Shown: positions 1 to 8,875, numbered from the stretch's first letter. The stretch: 40,000 bases of DNA from Candidatus Altimarinota bacterium (GCA_046314355.1 JBKBWQ010000001.1:823115-863114); one strand, 5' to 3'. Numbers and translations: made by a program. The notes: generated by a model not told the origin, from the sequence alone.

Positions 1-347
1 TACAAGGATTAAGTGTACTCATATCATTTTTGCTCATCACCGTACTCTTCGGATTGATCTACAAGGTACTGCCTGACCGCAATTTGAAATGGAGACATGT
101 TATTATCGGAGCACTTGTTACTTCATTTTTATTCACCATTGGTAAATTTCTCATTGGTCTTTACATTGGGAATAGTAATTTTACAGATACTTACGGTGCC
201 GCAGGATCTTTGATAGTCATCCTGCTTTGGGTATTCTACGCAAGCTCTATCCTCTTTTTAGGAGCTGAGTTTACAAAGGTGTATGTACGGAGTGAGGGTG
301 CAAAGGTGGAAACTACAAAGGGTGCGAGAGTGCGTAAGGCTCAGTAA
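1..347 (+). CDS. YihY/BrkB-family membrane protein, C-terminal part (gene begins upstream of the window)
   Basis: Frame 3 is open from base 3 (QGLSVLISFLLITVLFGLIYKVLPD...). Hydrophobic helices and GAAGSLIVILLWVFYASSILFLGAEF resemble the YihY/BrkB family. TAA stop at 345-347. Confidence 0.75.
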   Translation, partial: QGLSVLISFLLITVLFGLIYKVLPDRNLKWRHVIIGALVTSFLFTIGKFLIGLYIGNSNFTDTYGAAGSLIVILLWVFYASSILFLGAEFTKVYVRSEGAKVETTKGARVRKAQ

Positions 348-428
348 TTGGGGCGCTATCATTAGGCTCAATAATTAAGTAATTGAACTCAATGCTTCCG
401 CTTATACATTCTTTTACAACTAATATCT

Positions 429-1163
429 ATGCCTGAAGGTCCATCTATCATTATACTAAAAGAAGAACTGCTTCCTTTTAAGGGGAAGAAAGTCATAGAA
501 GTATCAGGAAACAGTAAACAAGATATCCAGAGAATAAAAGGCAAAAAGATTTTTGATTTTCAAAGCTGGGGAAAGCATACGCTGATACAGTTTCAGGATT
601 TTTTTGTGAAGATTCATCTCCTCATGTTTGGAAGTTATAGAATCAACGAAAGAAAAGAAGAGAGAGAACCAAGACTTTCTCTGAAATTTGCAAAGGGTGA
701 AATAAATTTTTATAGCTGTGCAGTGACAATTTTTGAGTGACAAACAAAGGATATTTATAACTGGACTACTGACATTATGTCAGAGAACTGGGATCCTGAA
801 GCAGCTTATAAAAAATTAAAATCAATGCCAGATACGCTTGTCTGTGATGCACTGCTGGATCAGAATATTTTTTCAGGAGTGGGCAATATTATAAAAAATG
901 AAGTATTGTTTAGAATACGGGTTCATCCTTCAAGTACTATTGGCGCCCTTCCCTCCAGGAAACTTCGAGAACTCATCGAAGATGCGCATACGTATAGTTT
1001 TTTATTCCTTGAATGGAAAAAAGCATACACCCTTAAAAAACATTGGCAGGTACATACCAAGAAAGAATGTCCAAGAGATCATGAAAAAGTGAAGAAAGAA
1101 TATCTTGGTAAGACTCACAGAAGAACCTTTTTTTGTGAGAAATGCCAAATACTCTATCTCTAA
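429..1163 (+). CDS. nei: Fpg/Nei-family DNA glycosylase (endonuclease VIII-like) interrupted by one in-frame TGA at 738-740
   Basis: ORFs 429-740 and 777-1163 share a frame and are separated only by TGA plus 12 sense codons. The N-terminus MPEGP carries the catalytic Pro2/Glu3. H2TH motif LLDQNIFSGVGNIIKNEVLFRIRVHP. C-terminal FFCEKCQ is a zinc-finger remnant. It is intact only if TGA is read as sense; otherwise it is a pseudogene. Confidence 0.7.
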
Positions 1164-1167
1164 TACT

Positions 1168-1587
1168 CTACTCGCAGGAACAGTATGCAGCAGCAATCGG
1201 ATACAGCTGTTTTAATAGATTCTCTGAGATACCACTTGCTCTTGCAGCCTGCAGTTTTGGGGTAAGTACCAATCTACTAAATTCAGATATATTATCCATA
1301 TTCTCCTTATACGAGAGCTGCCCTCTTTTTGCTCTTAGAGTAGTATTCAGCATGCCGTATACGATACTATCTATATTCTCATAGTATTTCTGGTACAGCA
1401 TCAATAATTCTTTATATAGAAAAAACTGCTCCGGAGTCATCTGGAGGAGCTCCTGCATTTTATGATTAAAATGTACCTTTATAGATTCCGGCTGTTTGCC
1501 GTAATTTATCTCTAAGCTCTCCTTATCATTTATACTATTAAGCAGCAGTCCCTGGTAGAGTTCAGGACTTACTTGTTTTGCGTACAT
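1168..1587 (-). CDS. hypothetical protein (139 aa)
   Basis: Only long ORF in this interval; convergent with nei; TAG stop; no recognisable motif. Confidence 0.4.
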   Translation of the reverse strand: MYAKQVSPELYQGLLLNSINDKESLEINYGKQPESIKVHFNHKMQELLQMTPEQFFLYKELLMLYQKYYENIDSIVYGMLNTTLRAKRGQLSYKENMDNISEFSRLVLTPKLQAARASGISENLLKQLYPIAAAYCSCE

Positions 1588-1819
1588 ACTGATATAGTAT
1601 AAAGAATAATATTTTTCTTTATTTTAGTTAAAAGAGTAAAAGAAGCGTTAGTTTGGTAAGGATCATTTAAAGTAATATTTAGAATATAATTGACATAAAC
1701 TAAATTAATATTAAAGTACCATATTCAATAGGCACTATCTTTTGATGAGCTGCTTAAAGAATACATGTTCATTAAAAATCAGGTACATTAAATATTGTTG
1801 GTAAAAAAGGGGAAAAGTA

Positions 1820-2614
1820 ATGAAAATTGTAAAAATGATTGTAGGTATCATAACAGTTATCCAGTGTGTAGGGTGTTCAGTACAACCATTAGCTGCCATT
1901 CCTTCTGTACAGGCTGTAGCAATGGATACTTCAGATGTAAAAGTTATAGAAACTCATACACATGAAGATGAACATGCATCAAGTCCAGTTATTACAGAAG
2001 TATCTGTAGAAAAAAGTGCAAAACAGAAATTTGTTGAAGAACTTATCAGTAAGTTTCCAGCACATCTTTCTACAAGTCTTACTCTCATACAGGTTAACGA
2101 TAGTTTCGGAGTAAGAGGACTCTCAAACGGATCTCGTATGTATATCAACCTTGGAAAGATGTCCGACCAGGAACTTTCCGCTGTAGTTATACATGAGCTC
2201 GGTCATGTTATAGATCTAGGTTATCTCTTAGGTAAAGAGACTCCTAGTCCATTTATGGATGGTACCTCACAAGTGTATGCAAATGACCCTAGTGTCGGCT
2301 TTTATTCTATTAGCTGGGAAGCTAGCAATAAAAGAAAAAGCAGAACCCCTCTGGATTATGTAAGTGGCTATGCCATGAGTGATCCTTTTGAAGACTTCGC
2401 AGAATCTTTTGCGTACTATGTTTTACAGGGGCAAAACTTTAGAAAAATGGCTAAGGAAAACGAAGCTCTCAAACAAAAATACTCCTTTATTAAAGAATTT
2501 ATTTTCCAGAATAAAGAATTTGATCTTGGAGAAGCAGCTTATATTTCAGACGGTCGTTCATATGACGTCACCGTTCTGCCATATAAGTTTGAAAACCTAA
2601 TTGCAGCATTGTAA
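1820..2614 (+). CDS. putative secreted/lipoprotein zinc metallopeptidase (HExxH)
   Basis: Signal peptide with a lipobox-like VGC. HELGH motif (VVIHELGHVID), then a downstream acidic EDFAESFAYY segment as in minimal zincins (MtfA-like layout). GGGG-type SD before the ATG. Confidence 0.55.
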   Translation: MKIVKMIVGIITVIQCVGCSVQPLAAIPSVQAVAMDTSDVKVIETHTHEDEHASSPVITEVSVEKSAKQKFVEELISKFPAHLSTSLTLIQVNDSFGVRGLSNGSRMYINLGKMSDQELSAVVIHELGHVIDLGYLLGKETPSPFMDGTSQVYANDPSVGFYSISWEASNKRKSRTPLDYVSGYAMSDPFEDFAESFAYYVLQGQNFRKMAKENEALKQKYSFIKEFIFQNKEFDLGEAAYISDGRSYDVTVLPYKFENLIAAL

Positions 2615-2629
2615 TGTACCTGAAGTTGA

Positions 2630-2659
2630 TGCTCTTACTAAATAGTAAGAGCATTTTTT
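2630..2659 (+). terminator. rho-independent terminator
   Basis: TGCTCTTACTA-AA-TAGTAAGAGCA hairpin followed by a T-run. Confidence 0.65.
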
Positions 2660-2781
2660 AGTATATAAACTTTCTTGTTTTAGTAATCGATTAGTTAATA
2701 AATATTGACAATTATATAAAATAATATTAATTACTTATTGTCAAATAATTGATCATTGAAATAAAAAGGAGAAGTTCTAGT

Positions 2782-3819
2782 ATGAAAAATTCTTTCGAAA
2801 ATCTTACTATTAAACAGAAAGAGGTTATTAAAATGGAAAGAAAATATTTTGTTATGGTAAGTAATCTTGATGAACTTACAGATGAAGAGTCTTTTACTAT
2901 AATAGAAAAAGCAAAAGATATTGCACCAGATGCAATCTTATACTTTGCTCCACTTATAGCGAAGCGTTCATGGTTTAACGAAGATATTTTCAAGTATGTT
3001 GTTAATAAACTTCATGGAAAAGAAGATGAAATTCTTATTGAAGCATACCATTGGTTTAAAAGATACTCATGGTATCGCGATATAGATTTTAATCATGCAG
3101 CACAATTGTGTTTAATGAAAAAGAACTATAATAGTATTCTACTTGCATCAGGAGAGTTTCAGGAGACTACATGGTTTAATCCTTACTTAGAAGAAGCAAT
3201 TCATAGTTCTTTGAGTTCTAAGTCAGAAGAAGGATCGCATATTGTTTTAACACTAGTAGAAAGACCATATCTCTATTGGGTAACAAAAGATATAATAAAG
3301 AATATCTTCCAGGTATACCCTGATGATTTCTTATCCATAGTAGAAACTAAGTACTATGAAAAGATTTTTACCAAAAAAGAACTAATTGAAGAATTAGCAG
3401 TATTTCCACTAAGTGAAGAAGCTATAGAAAAACTCTATTTTCTACATGTATTACCATGGGATATTGATCAGTCAGAAATCACTCAAGAAATTTTCAACTC
3501 TAATGAAAAAAGAGCAAATTTTCTTGTTACTCTTTCTGAAAAGAAAGAAGACGGTGATTTAAATTATCATGATTGGAGACAAAATTTCTTTGAAAATCTA
3601 TTCCAGGTTATAAGTATCTATCAGCAATTTATAACCAAAGAAGATTTAGATAAACTGTTAGAGATGATTGAAGGAGTAGATGTTGGTGAATATTTATCTA
3701 TTTGCGCTGATCTTTCTCATAAAAATTTGGAAGAAGAGTATAAAGATATTTTCACCTTTTGGATTGAAGATCATCTACACGCAGGAGAACTTTTAGGTAA
3801 TAAATATAAAAATCAGTAA
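2782..3819 (+). CDS. hypothetical acidic cytoplasmic protein (345 aa from the ATG at 2782)
   Basis: Long ORF. AAAGGAGAAG SD about 8 nt upstream of ATG 2782, which is in frame with the track ORF starting at 2749. No recognisable domain. Confidence 0.6.
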   Translation: MKNSFENLTIKQKEVIKMERKYFVMVSNLDELTDEESFTIIEKAKDIAPDAILYFAPLIAKRSWFNEDIFKYVVNKLHGKEDEILIEAYHWFKRYSWYRDIDFNHAAQLCLMKKNYNSILLASGEFQETTWFNPYLEEAIHSSLSSKSEEGSHIVLTLVERPYLYWVTKDIIKNIFQVYPDDFLSIVETKYYEKIFTKKELIEELAVFPLSEEAIEKLYFLHVLPWDIDQSEITQEIFNSNEKRANFLVTLSEKKEDGDLNYHDWRQNFFENLFQVISIYQQFITKEDLDKLLEMIEGVDVGEYLSICADLSHKNLEEEYKDIFTFWIEDHLHAGELLGNKYKNQ

Positions 3820-3836
3820 AGGAATATACACTCTTT

Positions 3837-3865
3837 AAGCACTTTAGAATACAAAGTGCTTTTTC
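3837..3865 (+). terminator. rho-independent terminator
   Basis: AAGCACTTT-N7-AAAGTGCTT hairpin followed by TTTT. Confidence 0.65.
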
Positions 3866-3877
3866 TATGTATTATAA

Positions 3878-3954
3878 AAAACACCCGTCTATCTTTCAAT
3901 AAACGGGTGTTACTTTCTTATTTACTCCTTCACTTCCCCTTCAATAACATCATC
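3878..3954 (-). repeat. orphan copy of the dnaK 3' end (last ~10 codons plus stop) and its terminator hairpin
   Basis: About 80% identical by eye to 6114-6188. The minus strand reads GAT GAT GTT ATT GAA GGG GAA GTG AAG GAG TAA ([10 protein letters not shown]), the same peptide as the true dnaK C-terminus with a synonymous GTT/GTG difference. It is followed by ACACCCGT..ACGGGTGT plus a T-run. Confidence 0.75.
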
Positions 3955-3963
3955 TTCAACTCC

Positions 3964-3995
3964 CCGGCAGTGTCTCCCGCTAGGGACACTGCCGG
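3964..3995. other. GC-rich 11-bp stem hairpin at the inner edge of the orphan dnaK fragment
   Basis: CCGGCAGTGTC (3964-3974) pairs with GACACTGCCGG (3985-3995); 10-nt loop. Confidence 0.6.
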
Positions 3996-4187
3996 AGAAT
4001 TGAATAGTATTTCATTAATTATACAAAGTCAGGAGATATAAAAGTATTGTGTGAAGAAAGATCACTTCAGCTCACCAGCAGTGCCAGATATATAAAACAT
4101 TGCTATTTCATAAACTTTTCATAATATAAAGCCAGCTTCTTACACGTTGATCATTTACATTTTATTATAAGTCCCAAAGGAGGATTT

Positions 4188-4517
4188 ATGGAACAAGCAC
4201 TAAAAAATAAAACGATACAGATCGTAAAACAGACCTTTTTTGCGATCTGTGCAGCATTTGCCATTTCATTGATAATTGTTCATGGAATTCATTCTGTACC
4301 AATTATGTTTGGGAATGAATTTATCATGTCACGCTGCGAGGCAGGAATGTTCGTATCGTTCATGATGATTGTTATGATAGGTATTTTTAAGCTACATGAT
4401 ATTGTCTTCATGGAAGATAATTCTTTGAACGCTGAACAATACCTTATAGGTTTTCTCATGTTTGCAGCTATATATGTCGGAAGTGGATTTCTGGCGATGT
4501 ACTCGCTCATGCATTAA
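4188..4517 (+). CDS. small integral membrane protein (109 aa, about 3 TM helices)
   Basis: Strong SD AAAGGAGG 6 nt before the ATG; three hydrophobic segments; a terminator follows. Confidence 0.6.
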   Translation: MEQALKNKTIQIVKQTFFAICAAFAISLIIVHGIHSVPIMFGNEFIMSRCEAGMFVSFMMIVMIGIFKLHDIVFMEDNSLNAEQYLIGFLMFAAIYVGSGFLAMYSLMH

Positions 4518-4546
4518 TAAAAAAAGTAATCGTAAGAAGCATTACT

Positions 4547-4577
4547 GTCTGACAATATACTTGTCAGACTTTTTTTA
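4547..4577 (+). terminator. rho-independent terminator
   Basis: GTCTGACAA-TATAC-TTGTCAGAC followed by TTTTTTT. Confidence 0.75.
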
Positions 4578-4583
4578 CGTACA

Positions 4584-5089
4584 GGAAACCCCGGAGCTAG
4601 TGTATGGTACAATCCCCTCATGAGAATTCAAAACTATCCCATAGCACGTACCAACACTTATATCACCTCGTGTGGGGTACGAAATACCGTAGAAGGTATT
4701 TGAAGCCCTACGTGAAAGAGGAGCTTTTAGCATGGTTAAACAAAGAATTTAAGAAGTACCCTACACTCCATTTGGATGTAGTAAATGTTGATGAAGATCA
4801 TATTCATCTTCAAGTAGAGATTCCGCCGAATGTGTTGGTAAGTCGAGTGGTACTTGAAGAGTGGTTCGAGTAGGGTGCTGATCAAGAAGTTTCCGTTTAT
4901 TCGGCGGATGTATGTAGAAAACAGCATCTGGAGTGTAGAATATTTCTCATCCACCGTAGGGCTGAATGAGGAGATAGTTAGAAAGTACATCGAACAACAG
5001 GGCGCTCACGAGTACCCAGAGGAAACGAGTTTTTGAGTGCTCATGATGCCCGGAGGGAAACCCCGGAGCTAGCGTAGCGTACTCCGGGG
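4584..5089 (+). mobile_element. IS200/IS605-family element remnant (tnpA only)
   Basis: The Y1 transposase gene is flanked by the same 21-mer GGAAACCCCGGAGCTAG(T/C)GTA at 4584-4604 and 5056-5076. The right end forms the hairpin CCCCGGAG-N13-CTCCGGGG (5061-5089). Confidence 0.55.
4604..5036 (+). pseudogene. tnpA: IS200-type HUH/Y1 transposase TnpA, frameshifted
   Basis: YHLVWGTKYRR, HUH motif HIHLQV, and C-terminal SVEYFSSTVG..VRKYIEQQ with the catalytic Tyr. The frame changes at about 4853 (..VSRVV | c | LKSGSSR..), so the N and C halves lie in frames 2 and 0. Confidence 0.75.
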
Positions 5090-5186
5090 AGGAAGTCCTT
5101 TGTGTTAAGTGAACACTGGACATTCATACTTGAAAGTACAGCCAAAATATTGATATACTACCTATATCAATATTCTATACTAATCT

Positions 5187-5621
5187 ATGAGCAGCTGGCT
5201 AAAGTTTATGCATATTTTACTTTTCATTTATGGTTTGACGACAGTTTATGTCTCAATAAATAATCAAGTAATTTCTTGGGACAATACATTTATGTTATTT
5301 ACAGGCATAGTTATCATAGGAAGTACCAGTTTGTTTCTTACTAGAGATCATCTTGCAGCTAAAAAACTTCAAACTCTTAAAAAAATTGGTATTCCTATTA
5401 CAACATTTTCTGTAAAAAGTAATAACTATACCTTAAAGAATAATAGAGGATGGCCAAAATTTTTTTTCACCCAAGGTATCTATAACGGCACTGAACAAAT
5501 GTTTAAAAGTGCACCCCTATGGAAAAATCCTAAGGAGAGCTTTAAGGAAAAACCTGTTACTGTTTATATCGATCCTAGCTTTAACAAAAATTATGCAATG
5601 GATTTAGAGGAATTTTTGTAG
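5187..5621 (+). CDS. membrane protein, DUF3592-like (two N-terminal TM helices plus a beta-rich domain)
   Basis: Two hydrophobic helices. The C-terminal KPVTVYIDPSFNKNY resembles the V-V-YDP signature I associate with DUF3592. Recognised by pattern only. Confidence 0.45.
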   Translation: MSSWLKFMHILLFIYGLTTVYVSINNQVISWDNTFMLFTGIVIIGSTSLFLTRDHLAAKKLQTLKKIGIPITTFSVKSNNYTLKNNRGWPKFFFTQGIYNGTEQMFKSAPLWKNPKESFKEKPVTVYIDPSFNKNYAMDLEEFL

Positions 5622-5764
5622 TATTGGAAATACTAAGGTAGAGAACTTAAAACAAGATATTTTTTTTTCGTATATTCTTCAAGTTTCTCCTTCATTTAAA
5701 AACTTGTAAAAGATCTAATTCAATTAGAGAGCGAAAACCGATAGGATCATCATTTATAATTTTA

Positions 5765-6079
5765 TTAAAAAGATAATCGAAAATACTTTTGCCTATTACC
5801 TTGTGGGAGAGTAGTTTCATCGGCTCCTAAGCTAGCTACCCTATTTATAGTTTTATGTGTAACCTGTAATTGCTTAGGATTTATATTCTTTTCAATCAAA
5901 TAACTTTTAACTTCTTTTTCCGTTTGTAACTTTTTATCAAGTGGAACTGTCAAAATATCAAAACCGTCTTCTCCATCTATATAACTACTGATTCTTAACT
6001 GATCTCTTATTAGATCATCAATCCTAGCAATATTCTCTACATAATGACTCGATCTATAAATATAAGAGTACTTCTGCAT
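5765..6079 (-). CDS. hypothetical protein (104 aa)
   Basis: Only sizeable ORF in this interval; TAA stop; no motif recognised. Confidence 0.4.
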   Translation of the reverse strand: MQKYSYIYRSSHYVENIARIDDLIRDQLRISSYIDGEDGFDILTVPLDKKLQTEKEVKSYLIEKNINPKQLQVTHKTINRVASLGADETTLPQGNRQKYFRLSF

Positions 6080-6113
6080 ATTTATTAAATTTAAAAACTA
6101 AGTAAATGATTTT

Positions 6114-6147
6114 AAAACACCCGCCTACTTCTCAGTAAACGGGTGCT
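6114..6147 (-). terminator. dnaK terminator
   Basis: On the minus strand, CACCCG..CGGGTG hairpin followed by TTTTAAAA, directly after the dnaK stop. Confidence 0.6.
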
Positions 6148-6155
6148 TTTTCCTC

Positions 6156-8081
6156 TTACTCCTTCACTTCCCCTTCAATCACATCATCCCCTTCTTTCTT
6201 CTTCTCCTTCACCGTAGTCCCATCATCCTCAGCCGTTGCCCCTTCGGCACCAGCTCCCGGAGTTCCCTCCTGAGGCTGCTGCTTGTAGAGCTCCTCTCCT
6301 ATCTTCATCGCAACATCAGAGAGTTCAGTAGTCGCCTTCTCAATATCTTCCTTAGAAGCATCTTCCTTAGCGAGTACTTCCTTCAATGCCGCAATCTTCT
6401 CCTCTGATCCCTTCTTCATCTCATCCGTAGCCTTGTCTCCAAGATCCTTCAGAGATTTTTCAGTCATATAGATAGTCTGCTCAGCATGATTTCGTGCCTC
6501 CACAGTTTCCTTTCGTTTCTTGTCATCAGCCGCATGAAGCTCAGCCTCCTGCTGCATCTTCTTGATCTCCTCCTCTGAAAGACCGCTTGATCCCTGGATC
6601 GTGATCTTCTGCTCTTTGCCGGTTCCCTTGTCCTTTGCAGATACATGGAGGATACCGTTGGCATCGAGGTCGAAAGTTACTTCAATCTGAGGTACTCCTC
6701 GTGGAGCTGGCGGGATACCGTCGAGGACGAATCGTCCAAGAGATTTGTTATCCTTTGCGAACTCTCTCTCTCCCTGTACTACATGGATCTCTACCGCAGG
6801 CTGAGAGTCAGCTGCTGTGGAGAATACCTGTGACTTGGAAGTTGGGATCGTAGTATTTCTCTCGATAAGCTTTGTAGCTACTCCTCCCATAGTCTCGATA
6901 CCGAGTGAGAGTGGAGTAACGTCGAGAAGAAGTACATCTTTTACATCTCCCATAAGGATACCTCCCTGGATCGCAGCTCCGATGGCTACTACTTCATCTG
7001 GATTTACGCCCTTATGCGGCTCCTTTCCGAAGAATGCTTTTACCTTCTCCTGGATCATAGGAATTCGAGTAGAACCACCTACGAGGATTACTTCATCAAT
7101 ATCTGAAACAGAGAGTTTTGCATCAGCAAGAGCTTTCTTACAAGGCTCCATACTTCGCTCTACGAAAGAAGAAATAAGTTGCTCAAACTTCGCTCGTGTG
7201 AGCTTAAGGTTGAGATGCTTTGGTCCTGTAGCATCTGCTGTAATAAATGGAATATTGATATCAATCTCAGATGTAGAAGAAAGCTCCTTTTTTGCTTTCT
7301 CTCCCTCTTCCTTGAGACGCTGAAGCGCCATCTGATCCTTTGAGAGATCAATTCCCTGATCCTTCTTGAACTCTTCGACAAGCCATTCAATAATGAGCTG
7401 GTCAAAGTCGTCTCCACCAAGATGCGTATCTCCATTTGTAGAGAGTACTTCAAAAGTTCCCTCTGGAGAAATATCAAGGATAGAAACGTCAAAGGTTCCT
7501 CCACCAAAGTCATAGATCACTACCTTCTCTTCCTTCTTCTTATCAAGTCCGTAAGCAAGAGCAGCAGCAGTTGGCTCATTAATAATTCTCTTAACATCAA
7601 GTCCCGCAATTCGGCCTGCATCTTTAGTTGCCTGTCTCTGCGAGTCATTGAAGTATGCTGGTACAGTGATTACTGCCTCAGTAACTGGCTGTCCAAGATA
7701 AGCCTCAGCATCTGCCTTGAGCTTTCCAAGAACCATAGCAGAGATCTCTGCAGGTTTCTTCTTCTCACCATTAAGCACGATGAGTGACTCACCATCACTT
7801 CCCTCTGCAGTATCGTATGCGAGGTGACTAGTCTCCTCCTTTACTTCTCCAGCCTGTCGTCCGATGAGACGCTTTGCAGAATAGATAGTATTCTTTGGGT
7901 TAGTCACTGCCTGTCGCTTTGCGATCTGTCCTACAAGTCTCTCTCCATTCTTTCCAAGTGCAAGTACAGAAGGTGTAGTTCTATTTCCCTCTGCATTTGG
8001 GATAATCACAGCCTCTCCACCTTCCATCACAGCTACCGCTGAGTTTGTCGTTCCTAGGTCAATTCCAATAATCTTACCCAT
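6156..8081 (-). CDS. dnaK: molecular chaperone DnaK (Hsp70)
   Basis: [39 protein letters not shown] and full-length Hsp70 similarity. Start placed at the ATG at 8081 ([10 protein letters not shown]) rather than the track start at 8114. Confidence 0.97.
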   Translation of the reverse strand: MGKIIGIDLGTTNSAVAVMEGGEAVIIPNAEGNRTTPSVLALGKNGERLVGQIAKRQAVTNPKNTIYSAKRLIGRQAGEVKEETSHLAYDTAEGSDGESLIVLNGEKKKPAEISAMVLGKLKADAEAYLGQPVTEAVITVPAYFNDSQRQATKDAGRIAGLDVKRIINEPTAAALAYGLDKKKEEKVVIYDFGGGTFDVSILDISPEGTFEVLSTNGDTHLGGDDFDQLIIEWLVEEFKKDQGIDLSKDQMALQRLKEEGEKAKKELSSTSEIDINIPFITADATGPKHLNLKLTRAKFEQLISSFVERSMEPCKKALADAKLSVSDIDEVILVGGSTRIPMIQEKVKAFFGKEPHKGVNPDEVVAIGAAIQGGILMGDVKDVLLLDVTPLSLGIETMGGVATKLIERNTTIPTSKSQVFSTAADSQPAVEIHVVQGEREFAKDNKSLGRFVLDGIPPAPRGVPQIEVTFDLDANGILHVSAKDKGTGKEQKITIQGSSGLSEEEIKKMQQEAELHAADDKKRKETVEARNHAEQTIYMTEKSLKDLGDKATDEMKKGSEEKIAALKEVLAKEDASKEDIEKATTELSDVAMKIGEELYKQQPQEGTPGAGAEGATAEDDGTTVKEKKKEGDDVIEGEVKE

Positions 8082-8107
8082 AAATATATGTTTAGTAAAT
8101 ATCTTAA

Positions 8108-8134
8108 TTAGCACTCATAATTATAGAGTGCTAA
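8108..8134. promoter_or_regulatory. CIRCE operator (HrcA binding site)
   Basis: Exact match to the consensus TTAGCACTC-N9-GAGTGCTAA, 27 nt upstream of the dnaK start. Confidence 0.9.
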
Positions 8135-8148
8135 TTTTTTACAGTCAA
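8120..8148 (-). promoter_or_regulatory. sigma70-type dnaK promoter
   Basis: The minus strand reads TTGACT-17 nt-TATAAT. The -10 hexamer lies in the CIRCE spacer. Confidence 0.7.
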
Positions 8149-8203
8149 GAATAATTTATGAAAAAGATGGTGATCTAAAGGAGCAGTACAGCAAGAAAGA
8201 TCG

Positions 8204-8464
8204 TTAATCACCAAAGAGTTTAGCATTTTGGCTGCTCTCAATAGAAATATTGCTGTTTATTACTAGGTCATCCGGCATTAAAAAAGGATTGTTTTGATTC
8301 GTGCTCAAATACTCATTAGTTTCACGGTTAGTCGTGGTCTCAAGATTAACATTTACATTTCCTGAGAATTCTCCATTGATATTGCTGTTTGCAGTACCTC
8401 CGCATGAGGTAAACAGCACTATGGATGCTGCAGCGACAGCAATACCTTTAAAGTATTTTTTCAT
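8204..8464 (-). CDS. small Asn-rich lipoprotein
   Basis: Signal peptide with lipobox LFTSC; low-complexity N/S/T-rich mature part (NVNVNLE). Confidence 0.6.
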   Translation of the reverse strand: MKKYFKGIAVAAASIVLFTSCGGTANSNINGEFSGNVNVNLETTTNRETNEYLSTNQNNPFLMPDDLVINSNISIESSQNAKLFGD

Positions 8465-8500
8465 AGATAAATTTAGATAAATGATAATATTGAAAGCAGA

Positions 8501-8875
8501 CTATTGTCCTCCTGGTCCTCTATTGTCCATACTACCTCTTCCTGAATTATCATCTCCGCTTCTATCATTGTTATCACTACTGCCTCGATTATTATCTCCA
8601 TCTAAACTTCGATACTCTCCATTATTATCTTCACGTTGATTGTCATTCCTATTCTCTTTTTTGTCTTTATCATCTAAACGGTCATCCTTACCGTTCAGAT
8701 TAAAGTTTAAGTCAAAGTTATCATTTATGTTTGCTGATGATGTCACAGGAGCAAGATCTGGAATACGGTTTACATTAAAATTCTGATTCACGCTTTCATT
8801 TACCACTGTACTGCAAGAAGCAAGAATACATACAACAACGAGCATTCCTCCTAACTTTTTTGAATGATCTTTCAT
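8501..8875 (-). CDS. small Asn/Asp-rich lipoprotein
   Basis: Start moved to the ATG at 8875 (MKDHSKKLGGMLVVVCILASC, lipobox LASC). N/D/R-rich low-complexity tail (NFNVN, NFDLNFNLNG). Confidence 0.6.
   Translation of the reverse strand: MKDHSKKLGGMLVVVCILASCSTVVNESVNQNFNVNRIPDLAPVTSSANINDNFDLNFNLNGKDDRLDDKDKKENRNDNQREDNNGEYRSLDGDNNRGSSDNNDRSGDDNSGRGSMDNRGPGGQ

Noticed and set aside
738-740. Selenocysteine at the in-frame TGA of nei
   Set aside because: Fpg/Nei enzymes are not known selenoproteins. The position is a linker between domains, and I see no SECIS-like hairpin immediately downstream.
1142-1384. Plus-strand ORF 1142-1384 and other short ORFs overlapping called genes (for example 13590-14021, 19434-19862, 24356-24841)
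   Set aside because: They are antisense to, or out of frame with, longer ORFs that have recognisable protein-family features. Their translations are low-complexity.
6464-8042. Many 60-170 aa ORFs on both strands inside dnaK (for example 6817-7323 plus, 7160-7513 minus, 7422-7787 plus)
   Set aside because: They are shadow ORFs of a highly conserved, codon-biased gene. They have low-complexity S/R/L-rich translations and no start context.
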